DNA of 64,000 nt from Myxococcota bacterium (GTDB lineage Bacteria > Myxococcota_A > UBA9160 > SZUA-336), in contig CBDFGR010000003.1 in the NCBI GenBank assembly GCA_965247115.1, positions 2,579,178 to 2,643,177 of the forward strand. The letters are read 5' to 3'. A program made the translations under genes and the position numbers. Position 1 is the first letter of the stretch; every line of letters starts with the position of its first letter. Below, one piece after another: positions 27,729-40,057 of the stretch. The notes below the pieces were generated by a model that saw nothing but the letters and a program-made list of their open reading frames with translations, was not told the origin of the DNA and did no database searches.

Positions 27729-28602
27729 GCGCGCTCCTTCTGTCGTGCCGCCCCAAGCGAGGCGACTCCAGTGTCGAAGAGATCGGTCTGCGGGGCGTCG
27801 TCATCCGGTGGCGCGCGCGCGTCTTGCTCGCGTCGCTCTCGCTCGCGCACCTCGAAGTCCCGCTTCGCGCGGGCGCGGCTCAGACACGCCTGGTAGCGGT
27901 GCTCGAGTACCGCTCCGGAGTAGCCCGCGCTCTCGACATAGCGGTCGTCTCGGATCGCGAAGAACTCCGGCAGCAGAAGAACGAAGTCCTCCAGGCCGAC
28001 CGCCGCCGCGATGCTCTTGAGCGCCCTCTTGTCTCGGCCGACCGGATTGCAGTCTTCGCCTCGGTGCTCCCGGAAGGCTCGAAGAAGAGGCGGACGGCTT
28101 GCTGCCCGAGGGGCTCCGAGGCCCCGAGGGGCTCCGAGCTCTTCGGCTCAGTGCCTTTGGCCGCCCCGCGCTTCCGGCGCGGGGGGTTCTTTTCTTTTAA
28201 CGCGGAAGCGGAAGCGGAAGCGGAGGAGCCCGTAACTTTGTTTGGTGAAGCACGTTCACGTTGAACGTCAGCGCGTCGCGGGAACTGCTTTTTCGCGAAG
28301 TTAGGCCATTTCACCCGGTACGCGTCTGGCGCGACGTCGTCGGCCCTCTGAACCCGGACGGGCGTGAGGTCGGCCAGACGTGAGGCTCGCCAGAGCGCCG
28401 CCTTGAGCGTACCTACGTTGAATACTCGCATTAGGTCGAGGCTCGAGACGAGGAACTCGTCTTCGGTCCTGTCGGCGTAGCGGTCGATCGCGAGCATGCC
28501 GAGGCGGGCGTAGGCGGCCATGGTCCGGTCGTCCCGGTAGGCGCCGAGCGTCTTCCGGTGATTCCCGAACGAGCAGTACAGCTTGAAGTGGCCACCAGCC
28601 AT
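27725..28602 (-). pseudogene. Replication initiator (lambda O-like position) with frameshift near 28078
   Basis: WPNFAKKQ and SASASASA linker; the shifted frame continues AFREHRGED...QKERA* to an ATGA overlap with the helicase. Confidence 0.7.
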
Positions 28603-28818
28603 GTTGCTCTCACCCCCCGATGAGTCTCTGTGTGGAGACCTTAGCTGACGCGTGCCGGTGCACGGCTGGTGCGAGAGTCGGGCCCGCGGGACCGTCTGCG
28701 GGCTTCTCGTCAACCGAGATGCTCAGCCCGCGCGATTCATGGACCATCTTGTAGCCTTTGCAGGGGGGTAGAATGGCCGCTGCGAAGTGAGCCCCGACTC
28801 TGGGGCGGGAGGGAAGGA

Positions 28819-29295
28819 GTGCCCGAGCATGCGTGGATAAGCCGTCTCGGGCGCGTCCTCTTTGTGACGGCGTGCGGGGTGCTCCTTGGGTGGGTGCTGT
28901 GGGTGCCCGGTCCCGCCCTCTGGAACGAGGCGGCGGTCCGTGTGCACGCCTTTCGGCTCGACCGAGCCGAGATAGGCAAGCTGAGGTCCGCCGTCGGCTA
29001 CTTCGTCGAGAACTGCCTCGAGATCGACTGGGCTGCGAGGACTCCGAGCACATCTGCCTGTTTGAGCGCGGCCCTGGCGGGAGTTGGCGCCGTTGAGAAG
29101 ATCGCGAAGTCGCGAGGCGAGGAGTACGCGCCCGGAACAGAGGACAGCCCACAGGTGCGTGCAGCGCTGCTGAAGATATACAGGATGAGGCGCGTCTGCA
29201 TCGAAGCGATTGGCGGAGAATACAGCAGCGACTTCGGCGAGCGCGCAGCTTGTAAAGCGATGACCGAGGCGGTCTACCGACCGCTGCGGCGGTGA
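28819..29295 (+). CDS. Membrane-anchored Cys-containing exported protein (moron-like)
   Basis: GGAGGGAAGGA upstream of GTG; N-terminal TM segment; allele of 61220..61717. Confidence 0.65.
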   Translation: MPEHAWISRLGRVLFVTACGVLLGWVLWVPGPALWNEAAVRVHAFRLDRAEIGKLRSAVGYFVENCLEIDWAARTPSTSACLSAALAGVGAVEKIAKSRGEEYAPGTEDSPQVRAALLKIYRMRRVCIEAIGGEYSSDFGERAACKAMTEAVYRPLRR

Positions 29296-29299
29296 TGTT

Positions 29300-29560
29300 C
29301 CTCGCCGCGCCTATCTCGACCTCGTGGAGAGCCTGAAACCTCATGCCGCGAAGCTGCGTGGACTCGGTGAGATCACGGACCCCGATCGTGCGAGCGCGGC
29401 GCAGCCGATGATCCGCGCTTCGAGGGACGCTGCGAGGGACGCTGCGAGGGGAGCTGCGAGGGCCGTTGCGAGGGTCGCGCTCAAGCCGATCGTGCTCACG
29501 CTCCAGGATTCGGCACGCGATCTCGTCTGTCGAATGCTTGCGGTGGGGGAGTCCGCATGA
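29300..29560 (+). pseudogene. 5'-truncated homolog of the Ala-repeat protein of prophage 2
   Basis: LDLVESLKPHAAKLRGLGEITD...LQDSARDLVCRM matches the C-terminal half of 58792..59545. Confidence 0.8.
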
Positions 29561-29793
29561 CTCCCTCTTCTCCTCCCGACCGGGCGGCGATCGCGCGCCT
29601 CGACGTAGCGTCCCACCTCGAGCACTGTCAATACGAGCTTGATCCGGAGCTCGGATCGGATGCGTCCGCGACTACAGACTTCCGCGAGCGCAACGCGATT
29701 TCGGCTGCGCTCCTCGCTGTTCAGTCAGCCCTCCGTGAGCTGCGCCGTGCCGAGTTGGCCCGGAGGTCACGATGCGACTGGAGGAGATCGTGA
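29557..29793 (+). CDS. Hypothetical early protein
   Basis: ATGA overlap; packed operon. Confidence 0.5.
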   Translation: MTPSSPPDRAAIARLDVASHLEHCQYELDPELGSDASATTDFRERNAISAALLAVQSALRELRRAELARRSRCDWRRS

Positions 29794-29999
29794 AGCGCCC
29801 TACGATGCGCGCGCGGAACCGTCGCGAGCTCGCGCACGGTCGCCGCGTTGCCCCGACGCCCGACGTGCCGATCGATCGCGCCCTCCTCGGACCTGAGCGC
29901 TGTGTCCTGTGCCGGGAAGAGGCCGCCGACGACATCACGGGCCTTGACGACAAGGGCGTGTGTCTCACCTGCCGAGCGGCCGCACGGCTGCGGTTATGA
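29772..29999 (+). CDS. Small zinc-finger protein
   Basis: CVLC...CLTC; GGAGG RBS. Confidence 0.6.
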   Translation: MRLEEIVKRPTMRARNRRELAHGRRVAPTPDVPIDRALLGPERCVLCREEAADDITGLDDKGVCLTCRAAARLRL

Positions 30000-30220
30000 G
30001 CATCGAGATTATCGAGAGCCGGGCGCACCCCACGATGTGCGCGATGTACTGCACCACCTCCGACGTAGCCTTCGGGCCCGTGTTCACGTCCCATGAAGAG
30101 GCGGAGCGGTTCATCGCCTATTGCTGGCTCCAGACGGGCGATGACCCTCGGGGCGTCGAAGGGTGCGTCCTAGAGCGCCTGGTCACGGAGATGCGAAAAG
30201 AAGAGCCATGCGCCCTTTGA
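29996..30220 (+). CDS. Hypothetical early protein
   Basis: ATGA overlap; YCTTSDVAFGPVF...DPR motif. Confidence 0.6.
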   Translation: MSIEIIESRAHPTMCAMYCTTSDVAFGPVFTSHEEAERFIAYCWLQTGDDPRGVEGCVLERLVTEMRKEEPCAL

Positions 30221-30378
30221 TAGTCGCGCCCAAGCCCTTCCCGCGCGTCCCGCAAGACCTCCGCGAATTGCTCGCGGAAATCGACCTCTATCTCGCGCAG
30301 CGAGAGCGTCAAGCGCGGCTGGAACGGCCGCAGCTCCGCGACCTGCGCGCACGAATCCAACGAGAACTCACGAAGTAA
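30208..30378 (+). CDS. Hypothetical early protein
   Basis: Packed small ORF. Confidence 0.45.
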   Translation: MRPLIVAPKPFPRVPQDLRELLAEIDLYLAQRERQARLERPQLRDLRARIQRELTK

Positions 30379-30390
30379 AGGAGAGATGCC

Positions 30391-31188
30391 GTGAGCATGT
30401 TAGATCAGGTCACCACAGGAAGAACGATCCGGCCCCCGCGGATCGTCATTCATGGCAGAGGAGGAGTCGGCAAGACGACCTTCGGCGCGAGTACGCCGAA
30501 TCCGATCTTCCTGCCTGCAGAAGAGGGACTCGGCACGCTCGACGTGCCTCATGTTCCCATTCCCACGAGCTACGCCGAGATCCTCGAGACGATCACGGAT
30601 CTGCAACGTCAGGAGCACGTCTACCGAACCCTCGTCATCGACACGATCGACCACGTCGAGCCTCTCGTCTGGGAGGAGACGTGTCGTCGCATGTCCGAGG
30701 GGGGGCGGAAGACGTACGAGCACGTCGAGGATTTTGGGTATCAGAAGGGCTACCTGTTCGCCGATCGCGAGTGGACGCAGCTCTTTCACGCGCTGGACGC
30801 GATCCGACGCGACCCCGGCATGATGATCGTCGTGCTCTCCCACAACGAGAGCAAGACGTTCGAAGATCCGGTGATCGGTCCCTACGACCGCGTCACTCCG
30901 AAGCTCCACAAGCGAGCGAACGCGCTGCTCTACGAGTGGGCCGACATCGTCGGCTACCTGGAGATCCAGCGAGCCACGATCGAGAAGGAGGGCGCGAAGA
31001 GTCGGAAGGTGCGCACCAGCGCCACAACCGGCACGCGCGAGCTCTTTCTCGAGGACACGGGAGCCTTCATCGCGAAGAACCGCTACGGGCTTCCGATCCG
31101 CATCGAGGTGCCCCAGGCCAACCCTTACACCCCGCTCCGTGAAGCGCTGAAGTCGGCGCTCGGAGTCCAGAAGCAGGAGGCCGCGTAA
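30391..31188 (+). CDS. Sak4-like AAA ATPase (single-strand annealing)
   Basis: GRGGVGKTT, TLVIDTID, EWADIVGY and AKNR motifs. Confidence 0.88.
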   Translation: MSMLDQVTTGRTIRPPRIVIHGRGGVGKTTFGASTPNPIFLPAEEGLGTLDVPHVPIPTSYAEILETITDLQRQEHVYRTLVIDTIDHVEPLVWEETCRRMSEGGRKTYEHVEDFGYQKGYLFADREWTQLFHALDAIRRDPGMMIVVLSHNESKTFEDPVIGPYDRVTPKLHKRANALLYEWADIVGYLEIQRATIEKEGAKSRKVRTSATTGTRELFLEDTGAFIAKNRYGLPIRIEVPQANPYTPLREALKSALGVQKQEAA

Positions 31189-31692
31189 ATGCCACGCATC
31201 GGAGCAGCACTTCACGACGTAGAGGACAACGACATGCCGAGAGGAAGCTGGGTCGCTCTTGAGTCCGGCAAGTACCCGTTCATGATTACCGACAGCGAGT
31301 ACAAGCCGACGAAGAGGGGAGACGGGATGTGCTTGCACCTCACACTGCAGTGCATCCACCCAGATCACACCCGAGTAGAGCTGCGCGACTTTCTGACGCT
31401 CGAGCATCCCAATCCAGACACGGTCCGAATCGCGAAGGGTCGGCTGAAGCAGATCGGACTGGCCTGCAAGGTCAGGAATCCCGACTTCATCCAGGACAGC
31501 GAGGAGCTCCACAACATCCCGTTTGTCGCCAGCGTCTCGAAGGAAGAGGCGGAGGATCCGAAGTACGGAGATGTGGACGGCTACGAGAACCGGATTGCCA
31601 AGTACAAGCGGATCGACGGCAACGCCCCGATGTCCGAGCCACTGCCAGAGCAGTCGCAGCCTACTCGGGCCTCCGGGGACATCCTCTTCTGA
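31189..31692 (+). CDS. DUF669-like phage ssDNA-binding protein
   Basis: SGKY...DSEYKPTK.G.G..L.L...DSEELHN.PF; follows Sak4. Confidence 0.8.
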   Translation: MPRIGAALHDVEDNDMPRGSWVALESGKYPFMITDSEYKPTKRGDGMCLHLTLQCIHPDHTRVELRDFLTLEHPNPDTVRIAKGRLKQIGLACKVRNPDFIQDSEELHNIPFVASVSKEEAEDPKYGDVDGYENRIAKYKRIDGNAPMSEPLPEQSQPTRASGDILF

Positions 31693-32426
31693 TGGCCGAG
31701 CTCCCCCGCATCCGCAGTCCGCAGCCCCAGGTCGCCGACCGGATCTTCCGCGCCCTTGAGAGGCGGGAGGCCGATCGTCCGCGGAGCGGAAACCTCACCA
31801 TGAGCGGCATCGGAGAGTGCGCTCGCCACCTCTGGGCCGAGCGAAACGAGCACTCGACGCCGAAATCCAGGCCAGGCCGGGTGCTCGCGACCTTCGAGTA
31901 CGGAAACGCGACCGAGTCCCATGTGATCCGGCTCCTCCGCCTCGCGGACTACCTGATCGGGGCGGAGCAGCGTCGCGTCACCTGTGATCTCGGCGATGGA
32001 CTCACACTGCGCGGCCGGATCGACGGAACGATCCTCCTCGGCAAGAAATATTCCGAACGGCTGGAGGCGCTGCTCGAGGTGAAAAGTGCGAAGGCGTCGC
32101 AGTTCGAGGAGTGCAAGGCGAAGGGCTACGAGAAGTGGAATCCGAAGTACGCGGACCAGCTGCAGATGTACATGGGCGCGGGAGGCTTCCACATCGCCCT
32201 TGCCTTCGTCTATTGCAAGGACATCTCCGAGCCCTACCCGGAGAAGATCCGCTTCGAGCCAGAGCGCTACGAGGCCCTGAAGGCGAAGGCACGTCTGATT
32301 CTCACTTCCGAGGAGCCGCCCAAGCGCCCCGATGAGGCGACTTCACAGTTCTGCAGCTTCTGCAAGTGGTGCAATTCGAACGAGTGGTGCTGGTCGCCAG
32401 TCTCGGAGACACGCTTCGACGATTGA
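31692..32426 (+). CDS. Cas4-like PD-(D/E)XK exonuclease
   Basis: GRIDG, LLEVKS and QLQMYM motifs, with an N-terminal Cys and a C-terminal Cys cluster. Confidence 0.82.
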   Translation: MAELPRIRSPQPQVADRIFRALERREADRPRSGNLTMSGIGECARHLWAERNEHSTPKSRPGRVLATFEYGNATESHVIRLLRLADYLIGAEQRRVTCDLGDGLTLRGRIDGTILLGKKYSERLEALLEVKSAKASQFEECKAKGYEKWNPKYADQLQMYMGAGGFHIALAFVYCKDISEPYPEKIRFEPERYEALKAKARLILTSEEPPKRPDEATSQFCSFCKWCNSNEWCWSPVSETRFDD

Positions 32427-32738
32427 GGGAGAGATTCGCATGGGGGGAAGACGATCTGCTGAACGACCTTAGGACTGCGCGGGAGCCGACGCGGCGGGAG
32501 ATCAGCGACGTTCTCCTCTTCGGGAGCTTCGACGGGAGCATGGGTAGAGCCCGACCTCTGCTTGAGCTGCGTCGAGGGTGAGACGGACAGCCGAGGCGCC
32601 GGTCGATCTGCCGTACTGCGCATGCGAGCAGACCGGGGAGTCCGTACGGAACATCGGCATGCTCTCGGAGCCCCACTATCTCAACGTGCCACTGCTGCCT
32701 GCTTGGCAAGCAGAGGAGGAGGACGACGGCGGCGAGAC

Positions 32739-33035
32739 ATGAGCAGCAAGAAGCCAACGCCCCTGGCGGCCCGTCCTGAGCGGTCGGTGGAGTATCGCCG
32801 GAACCCTCCACCCTGGATGAATTTCACTCAGCTCGCCGCCTACCTCGGATGTTCCGCCAAGACGGTGCGGAACTATGCAAGGATGGGGATGCCGTACAGC
32901 CCCATCGGAGGAGAGAACAAGGTGAAGCTCGAAAAGTTCTGGGCTTGGTTCGACGACCACGAGGTTCGCGAGGACGAGGAATCCGAGGCCTTCGCAGCCC
33001 GAGTCGTTGGTAGGATTCGCCGCCATGGCCGGTAA
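32739..33035 (+). CDS. Excisionase-like HTH protein
   Basis: NFTQLAAYLGCSAKTVRNYARMGMP; directly upstream of int. Confidence 0.75.
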   Translation: MSSKKPTPLAARPERSVEYRRNPPPWMNFTQLAAYLGCSAKTVRNYARMGMPYSPIGGENKVKLEKFWAWFDDHEVREDEESEAFAARVVGRIRRHGR

Positions 33036-34281
33036 TCTGCGTCGCCGCGGACGAGTATGGCATGCGGACATATCGGTCGATGGCCAGCGACACCGCCTCT
33101 CGATGCGGACGAGCAGCCGAGTGGTCGCCGAGAAGCGCCTGCAAGACATCGAGACCAAGATCGCAGCCGGCGGCGGGGATTGGCGCAACACCGCGAGCCG
33201 ATCACTCCGCGAGGCTTTCGACGACTTCCTTGCATCGTCGACGAGCGAGCGTACGACGCTTTCGCGGTACAGGACGGGGTTCGACCTGGCCTGTGCGTAC
33301 TTCGGGGCGCAGCGGCCGCTGTCGACGATCACGCGCGGCGACGCGCAGGCATTCGCCAAGAGCTTGCAGCTCAAGCCCGACGGGACACACCGGGCCCTGA
33401 GCACCCTCAAGAACTTGAACGCGGGGATCCGCCAGGTCTTCCAGGAAGCAGTCGACTCCGAAGAGATCCGCGAGAATCCGTGGGTTGTTGCGCGCGTAAT
33501 CCGCAGGCTCGTACCAAAGCGCGAGCTCATCGAGGAAGATGACGAGCTCGTGATCCCGTTCACACGCGCCGAGCAACGGAAGCTGCTGGAGCACCTGCAG
33601 CCGCGCGATCGCGGGATGCACATCGCTGCCGTGCTCGGGCTACGGTGCGGACTCCGCCGCTCCGAGGTGCTCGCGCTCCATTGGGACGACATCGATCTCG
33701 AGTCGACTCCTCCCATGCTGCACGTCCGGCGCCGCGTTGCGGCCGGGCGCGCGGGCCCGGTCAAGTCGAAGACGTCGCGCCGGCGCGTGCCCCTCAGCGA
33801 GGAGTCCGTCGCAGCTCTTCGCGCATACCGCATGACGCTGCGGACTGAGGCGATGAAGCGGGGCGGCCAGAATCTGATGCCCGCGGTCGTGCCGAGCCAT
33901 CGGCCGGGCACGGGAGCGAGCTACAGGGAGATCGGTCGATTCAGCAAGGCGTTCCGGAAGATGCTCGTCGAGGCGAAGATCGACCTCCGGACCGAACATC
34001 CGTTCCATCGGCTGCGACACACGTATTGCTCCGAGCTCCTCTCGATGGGAGTCGACGTCGACCGGGTCTCGAGATGGGCGGGACACCAGACGCCGGCGAT
34101 AACCAAGCGGCACTACGAGCATTTCATCCCGAATCCCGACGACGCAAAGCTCGTCAATCAGCTCGATCAGGGAATTGCTGGGGACCCGCTCACGGGCGAC
34201 ACCGAGGAGCGTCACTTTCGCCAGAAGGAGCCGTCACAGTTTGGCACACATACGTCACAGTCCGAGCGAAAGCGAAGCTAG
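33025..34281 (+). CDS. int: Tyrosine integrase (prophage 1)
   Basis: GLRRSE, HRLRH, GH and HY catalytic motifs. Confidence 0.93.
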   Translation: MAGNLRRRGRVWHADISVDGQRHRLSMRTSSRVVAEKRLQDIETKIAAGGGDWRNTASRSLREAFDDFLASSTSERTTLSRYRTGFDLACAYFGAQRPLSTITRGDAQAFAKSLQLKPDGTHRALSTLKNLNAGIRQVFQEAVDSEEIRENPWVVARVIRRLVPKRELIEEDDELVIPFTRAEQRKLLEHLQPRDRGMHIAAVLGLRCGLRRSEVLALHWDDIDLESTPPMLHVRRRVAAGRAGPVKSKTSRRRVPLSEESVAALRAYRMTLRTEAMKRGGQNLMPAVVPSHRPGTGASYREIGRFSKAFRKMLVEAKIDLRTEHPFHRLRHTYCSELLSMGVDVDRVSRWAGHQTPAITKRHYEHFIPNPDDAKLVNQLDQGIAGDPLTGDTEERHFRQKEPSQFGTHTSQSERKRS

Positions 34282-34326
34282 GACGAAGCGGCAGGTTCCG
34301 TAACTATGCCATTCTTATGGCTTTCT

Positions 34327-34404
34327 TGGGGTGGGCGAGGGGACTTGAACCCCCGACTTCCGGAACCACAATCCGGCGCTCTAACCAACTGAGCTACGCC
34401 CACC
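34327..34404 (-). tRNA. tRNA-His(GTG), probable prophage 1 integration target
   Basis: Cloverleaf with G-1, CCGGA-TTGTGGT-TCCGG anticodon arm, GTTCAAG T-loop and encoded CCA. Confidence 0.95.
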
Positions 34405-34547
34405 GTGCGGTCCTCGAGGGCGCCCCCAGGGGACCGGCTGGCCCATCTTAGGCCATCGAGAGCGCAGCGCCCACGCCTTCGCCGGACCTGCGGGGGCTCC
34501 CTTGGTCGATTTGACAAGCATCCGTAGGTGCTCAGCTTTCTATACAA

Positions 34548-37163
<2,616 letters not shown>

Positions 37164-37181
37164 CGCCACACCGGGATCCGC

Positions 37182-37868
37182 TCACCCGTATACCCCGGGG
37201 TGCAGCAGCTCGACGAGTCCACGCCACAGCGGACTCACGATCCGTCCGAAGCCGAAAAAGATGAAGAGCAGGACGAAGATCGCGATCCCCCGTGACTGCA
37301 TAGCCAGCTGAAGGCGCAGGGCCAGGTCCTCGGGGAGAACGAGCCTGATCGCGCTTGCTCCGTCCAGCGGTGGGATCGGGAGCAAGTTCAACAGGAACAG
37401 GACCATGTTGAGCAGCAGCGCGATCGAGAGAAAGCGGCCGAGCCCGTCGAGCAGAACGCCGTCGCTCGCGACGAGCCGGGAGTAGCTCACGGAGTCGGGG
37501 GCGAAGAAGAAGCCTCCCGCCAGTCCGAGCCAGAGCACGACGAAGGCGAGCACGCCCAGCAGCAGGTTCGCGCCCGGTCCGGCTGCCGCCATCCACGCAG
37601 CGCGGCGCGGGTGACGCTGCTCCCAGGCGGGGTCGTAGGGGGTGCTCGCGTACCCCAGGCACCAGCCGGCAGAGAACAGCGCGACGAGCGGCAGCACGAG
37701 CATTCCGAAGGGCTCGCGCCGGATGTGCGGTACTGGATTGAGCGACACCTGCCCGGCTCGATAGGCGGTCGGGTCACCACCGAGGTAGGCGGCGAGTGCG
37801 TGAGCCGCCTCATGGGCCGTGGTCGAGAGCACGAAGACGACGTACCACGTGATCAGGTCCGTGGGCAT
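37182..37868 (-). CDS. Site-2 protease family (M50) membrane metalloprotease
   Basis: HEAAH and NLLPIPPLDG motifs. Confidence 0.92.
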   Translation of the reverse strand: MPTDLITWYVVFVLSTTAHEAAHALAAYLGGDPTAYRAGQVSLNPVPHIRREPFGMLVLPLVALFSAGWCLGYASTPYDPAWEQRHPRRAAWMAAAGPGANLLLGVLAFVVLWLGLAGGFFFAPDSVSYSRLVASDGVLLDGLGRFLSIALLLNMVLFLLNLLPIPPLDGASAIRLVLPEDLALRLQLAMQSRGIAIFVLLFIFFGFGRIVSPLWRGLVELLHPGVYG

Positions 37869-37872
37869 TGGG

Positions 37873-38721
37873 CTAGGTGAACCAGCTGTGGCGTTCGGCG
37901 AGGCCGTCCTCGATCAGTAGGGCGATGCGATCGCGTATTCGCTCCACGTGGAGCTGGATGCTGCGGTCATCGTCGCTCGCCTCTCCCAGCAGGCGGATCG
38001 GCTCGCCGAAGATGATCCGGTACTTCACGGGCAGCGGCAGGAATCCGAGCACCCCGAACAGAGGAAAGGTCCAGGTGATCGGGAACGCCGGCGCGCCGAT
38101 GAGCCGACCCAACGACCTGGCGTCCAGCAGACCGGGACTCTGCTCTTCTGAACCCACGATACCGACGGGGACGATCGGCGCCTTGGCCTGCAACGCGATC
38201 CTGACGAAACCCGTACCGAAGCGCTGCAGTCGATAGGCCTCGCTGTAGGGCTTGATGAAGCCCCTGTGGCCCTCCGGAAAGACCATGACCGCCTCGTCGC
38301 GTTCCAGCAAGCGCTCGCAGTTCTCGGGCGTTCCGACGACAGATCCGACCCTGTGAATCAGCTCGCTGAACCAGGGGATCTTGGGCAGGTAGAACTCGGC
38401 CATGCCGCGCGCGATCCGCGGTGGCTCACCCTCCAGCAGCATGGCCTGCCCGAGCATCGCGCCATCCATCGGCAGCGTGTTCCCCGCGTGATTCGAGACC
38501 AGCAGCACGCGCCCGGCCGGGAGGTTCTCGATGCCGCGCGTCTCGACCCGAAAGTAGTAGCGATACAGGAACGCGAGGATCGGCGTTACGGGCCCGATCC
38601 CACCAGGGTGCATCCCGAAGGGGTCGTAACCGTACTCGTTGAGCTCCGAGGGAACCTGAGCGAGTCGATCTTCGACCTCCTCAGCGAGGGTACGCAGGGA
38701 AAGCGGCAGCGAGTCCCTCAT
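37873..38721 (-). CDS. Lysophospholipid acyltransferase family protein
   Basis: SNHAG...D and VFPEG motifs. Confidence 0.9.
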   Translation of the reverse strand: MRDSLPLSLRTLAEEVEDRLAQVPSELNEYGYDPFGMHPGGIGPVTPILAFLYRYYFRVETRGIENLPAGRVLLVSNHAGNTLPMDGAMLGQAMLLEGEPPRIARGMAEFYLPKIPWFSELIHRVGSVVGTPENCERLLERDEAVMVFPEGHRGFIKPYSEAYRLQRFGTGFVRIALQAKAPIVPVGIVGSEEQSPGLLDARSLGRLIGAPAFPITWTFPLFGVLGFLPLPVKYRIIFGEPIRLLGEASDDDRSIQLHVERIRDRIALLIEDGLAERHSWFT

Positions 38722-38737
38722 GCGACGCAGTATAAGG

Positions 38738-40057
38738 TCAGCGAGGCGTCCCGGCCGCTTCCGGCTGCTCGCGTCTCCGCAGCCAGTAGAGCGGCAGTGC
38801 CAGGGCGATCGTCAGCAGGCCCAGAGCGGACATGAGGGGCTCGCGAGCCACCATGAACCCCGCGATCGCGAGCGTGGTGACCACGAACAGACCCGGCACC
38901 CAGGGGTAGCCCGGGACGGGGACCCTGTGCGCCCCCTCCCGTTGGCGGAGGGCGATCAGGCCTCCGATCGTCGCGGCGGCCGATAGGCTGAGCGTGAAGC
39001 CGATGTAGCCGAGCAGCTGAATCAGGTCGCTCACCCAGACCGCGAGGATGGCGAGTCCGACCTGCAACGCGACGGCTGCCCCGGGTGCTTCGCCACCGCG
39101 GGAGAAGGCGCGCGGGAAGAGCCCGTCGGCGGCCATCCGGGCATACACCCGCGGACCGGCCATGACCATGGCAGAGATCGAGGTGAAGAGGGCCAGCGCC
39201 ACCAACGCGGAGACGGCCCGACGCAGCGCGTCCCCGCCCAGCGCCTCGGCCGCGATGGCCGCGACCTCTGCTTTGCCCGCGAGCTGCCCTGGAGGGGCCG
39301 CGTACAGGAATACAGCGTTGAGACCCAGGTAGACGAGGGTCACGAGCGCAGTCGCGAGCCACAGCGATCTATGCAGGTTGTGCTCGGGATCTCTGATCTC
39401 CCCGGCTACGTAGACCGCAGCGTTCCAACCGGAATAGGCAAAGGAGATCCAGACGAGCGTAACGGCAAACGCCCCGACGTCCGGAGTGACGGAGGGACTG
39501 CCTCCCGCGCTCGAGGTTCCGGAGGTTCCCTGCAGCGCAGCCAGGGTGAGCAGAGCGGCGATCACGAGCAGCATCAGGCCGACCGCGAGATTCTGGAGGA
39601 TGACGCCCTCTCGCAGTCGCAAGCCGTGCATCAGGCCGGCAGCCAGGATCGCGGCTGTGCCGATCCACTCCGGCGGGCCCACTCCGGCGAACGACTCGCC
39701 GAGGTAGGCCTGCAGGGCCAGAGCGGCCGCGGCGATGGGCGCCGTGAAACCCGCGAGCAGGGACACCCAGCCTGCCGCCAGGCCGGCCAGCGGGTGCACC
39801 GTTCTGGAGAGCAGTGTGTACTCGCCTCCGGACTCCGGAATGCGCCTGGCCAGGGCCCCGTAGCTGAGCGCGCCACACATGGCGAGCAGCCCTCCGATCG
39901 CCCACGCCAACAGCACGAGCTCCCGCCGGCCCAAGTCGGCGAGCGCGAAGCCCGAGGTCGTGAACACCCCGGCTCCGATCATGTTGCCGACGATCAGGGC
40001 TGAGGCACTGGTGATGCCGAGGCGCCGCCGCAGAGGCTCAGTCCGCTCGCCTGGCAA
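38738..40057 (-). CDS. APC family amino acid permease (start uncertain)
   Basis: GNMIGAGVF, SGGEY and AYSGWN motifs; many TM segments. Confidence 0.9.
   Translation of the reverse strand: MPGERTEPLRRRLGITSASALIVGNMIGAGVFTTSGFALADLGRRELVLLAWAIGGLLAMCGALSYGALARRIPESGGEYTLLSRTVHPLAGLAAGWVSLLAGFTAPIAAAALALQAYLGESFAGVGPPEWIGTAAILAAGLMHGLRLREGVILQNLAVGLMLLVIAALLTLAALQGTSGTSSAGGSPSVTPDVGAFAVTLVWISFAYSGWNAAVYVAGEIRDPEHNLHRSLWLATALVTLVYLGLNAVFLYAAPPGQLAGKAEVAAIAAEALGGDALRRAVSALVALALFTSISAMVMAGPRVYARMAADGLFPRAFSRGGEAPGAAVALQVGLAILAVWVSDLIQLLGYIGFTLSLSAAATIGGLIALRQREGAHRVPVPGYPWVPGLFVVTTLAIAGFMVAREPLMSALGLLTIALALPLYWLRRREQPEAAGTPR

Larger units (their letters stand above)
26536..29034. repeat. Inverted repeat copy A, matching 61502..64000
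   Basis: All ORF-track translations are mirrored identically; coordinates sum to 90536. Confidence 0.95.
1..34326. mobile_element. Prophage 1: lambda-like cos siphophage next to the tRNA-His 3' end, left end outside window, probably defective
   Basis: Contiguous lysis-tail-head-terminase-replication-recombination-xis-int gene order; tyrosine integrase ends 45 bp from the tRNA-His CCA end. Confidence 0.95.

Noticed and set aside
31692..32426. Cas4-like gene as evidence of a CRISPR-Cas system
   Set aside because: No cas1/cas2 or repeat-spacer array seen; it sits in a Sak4-SSB phage recombination module.
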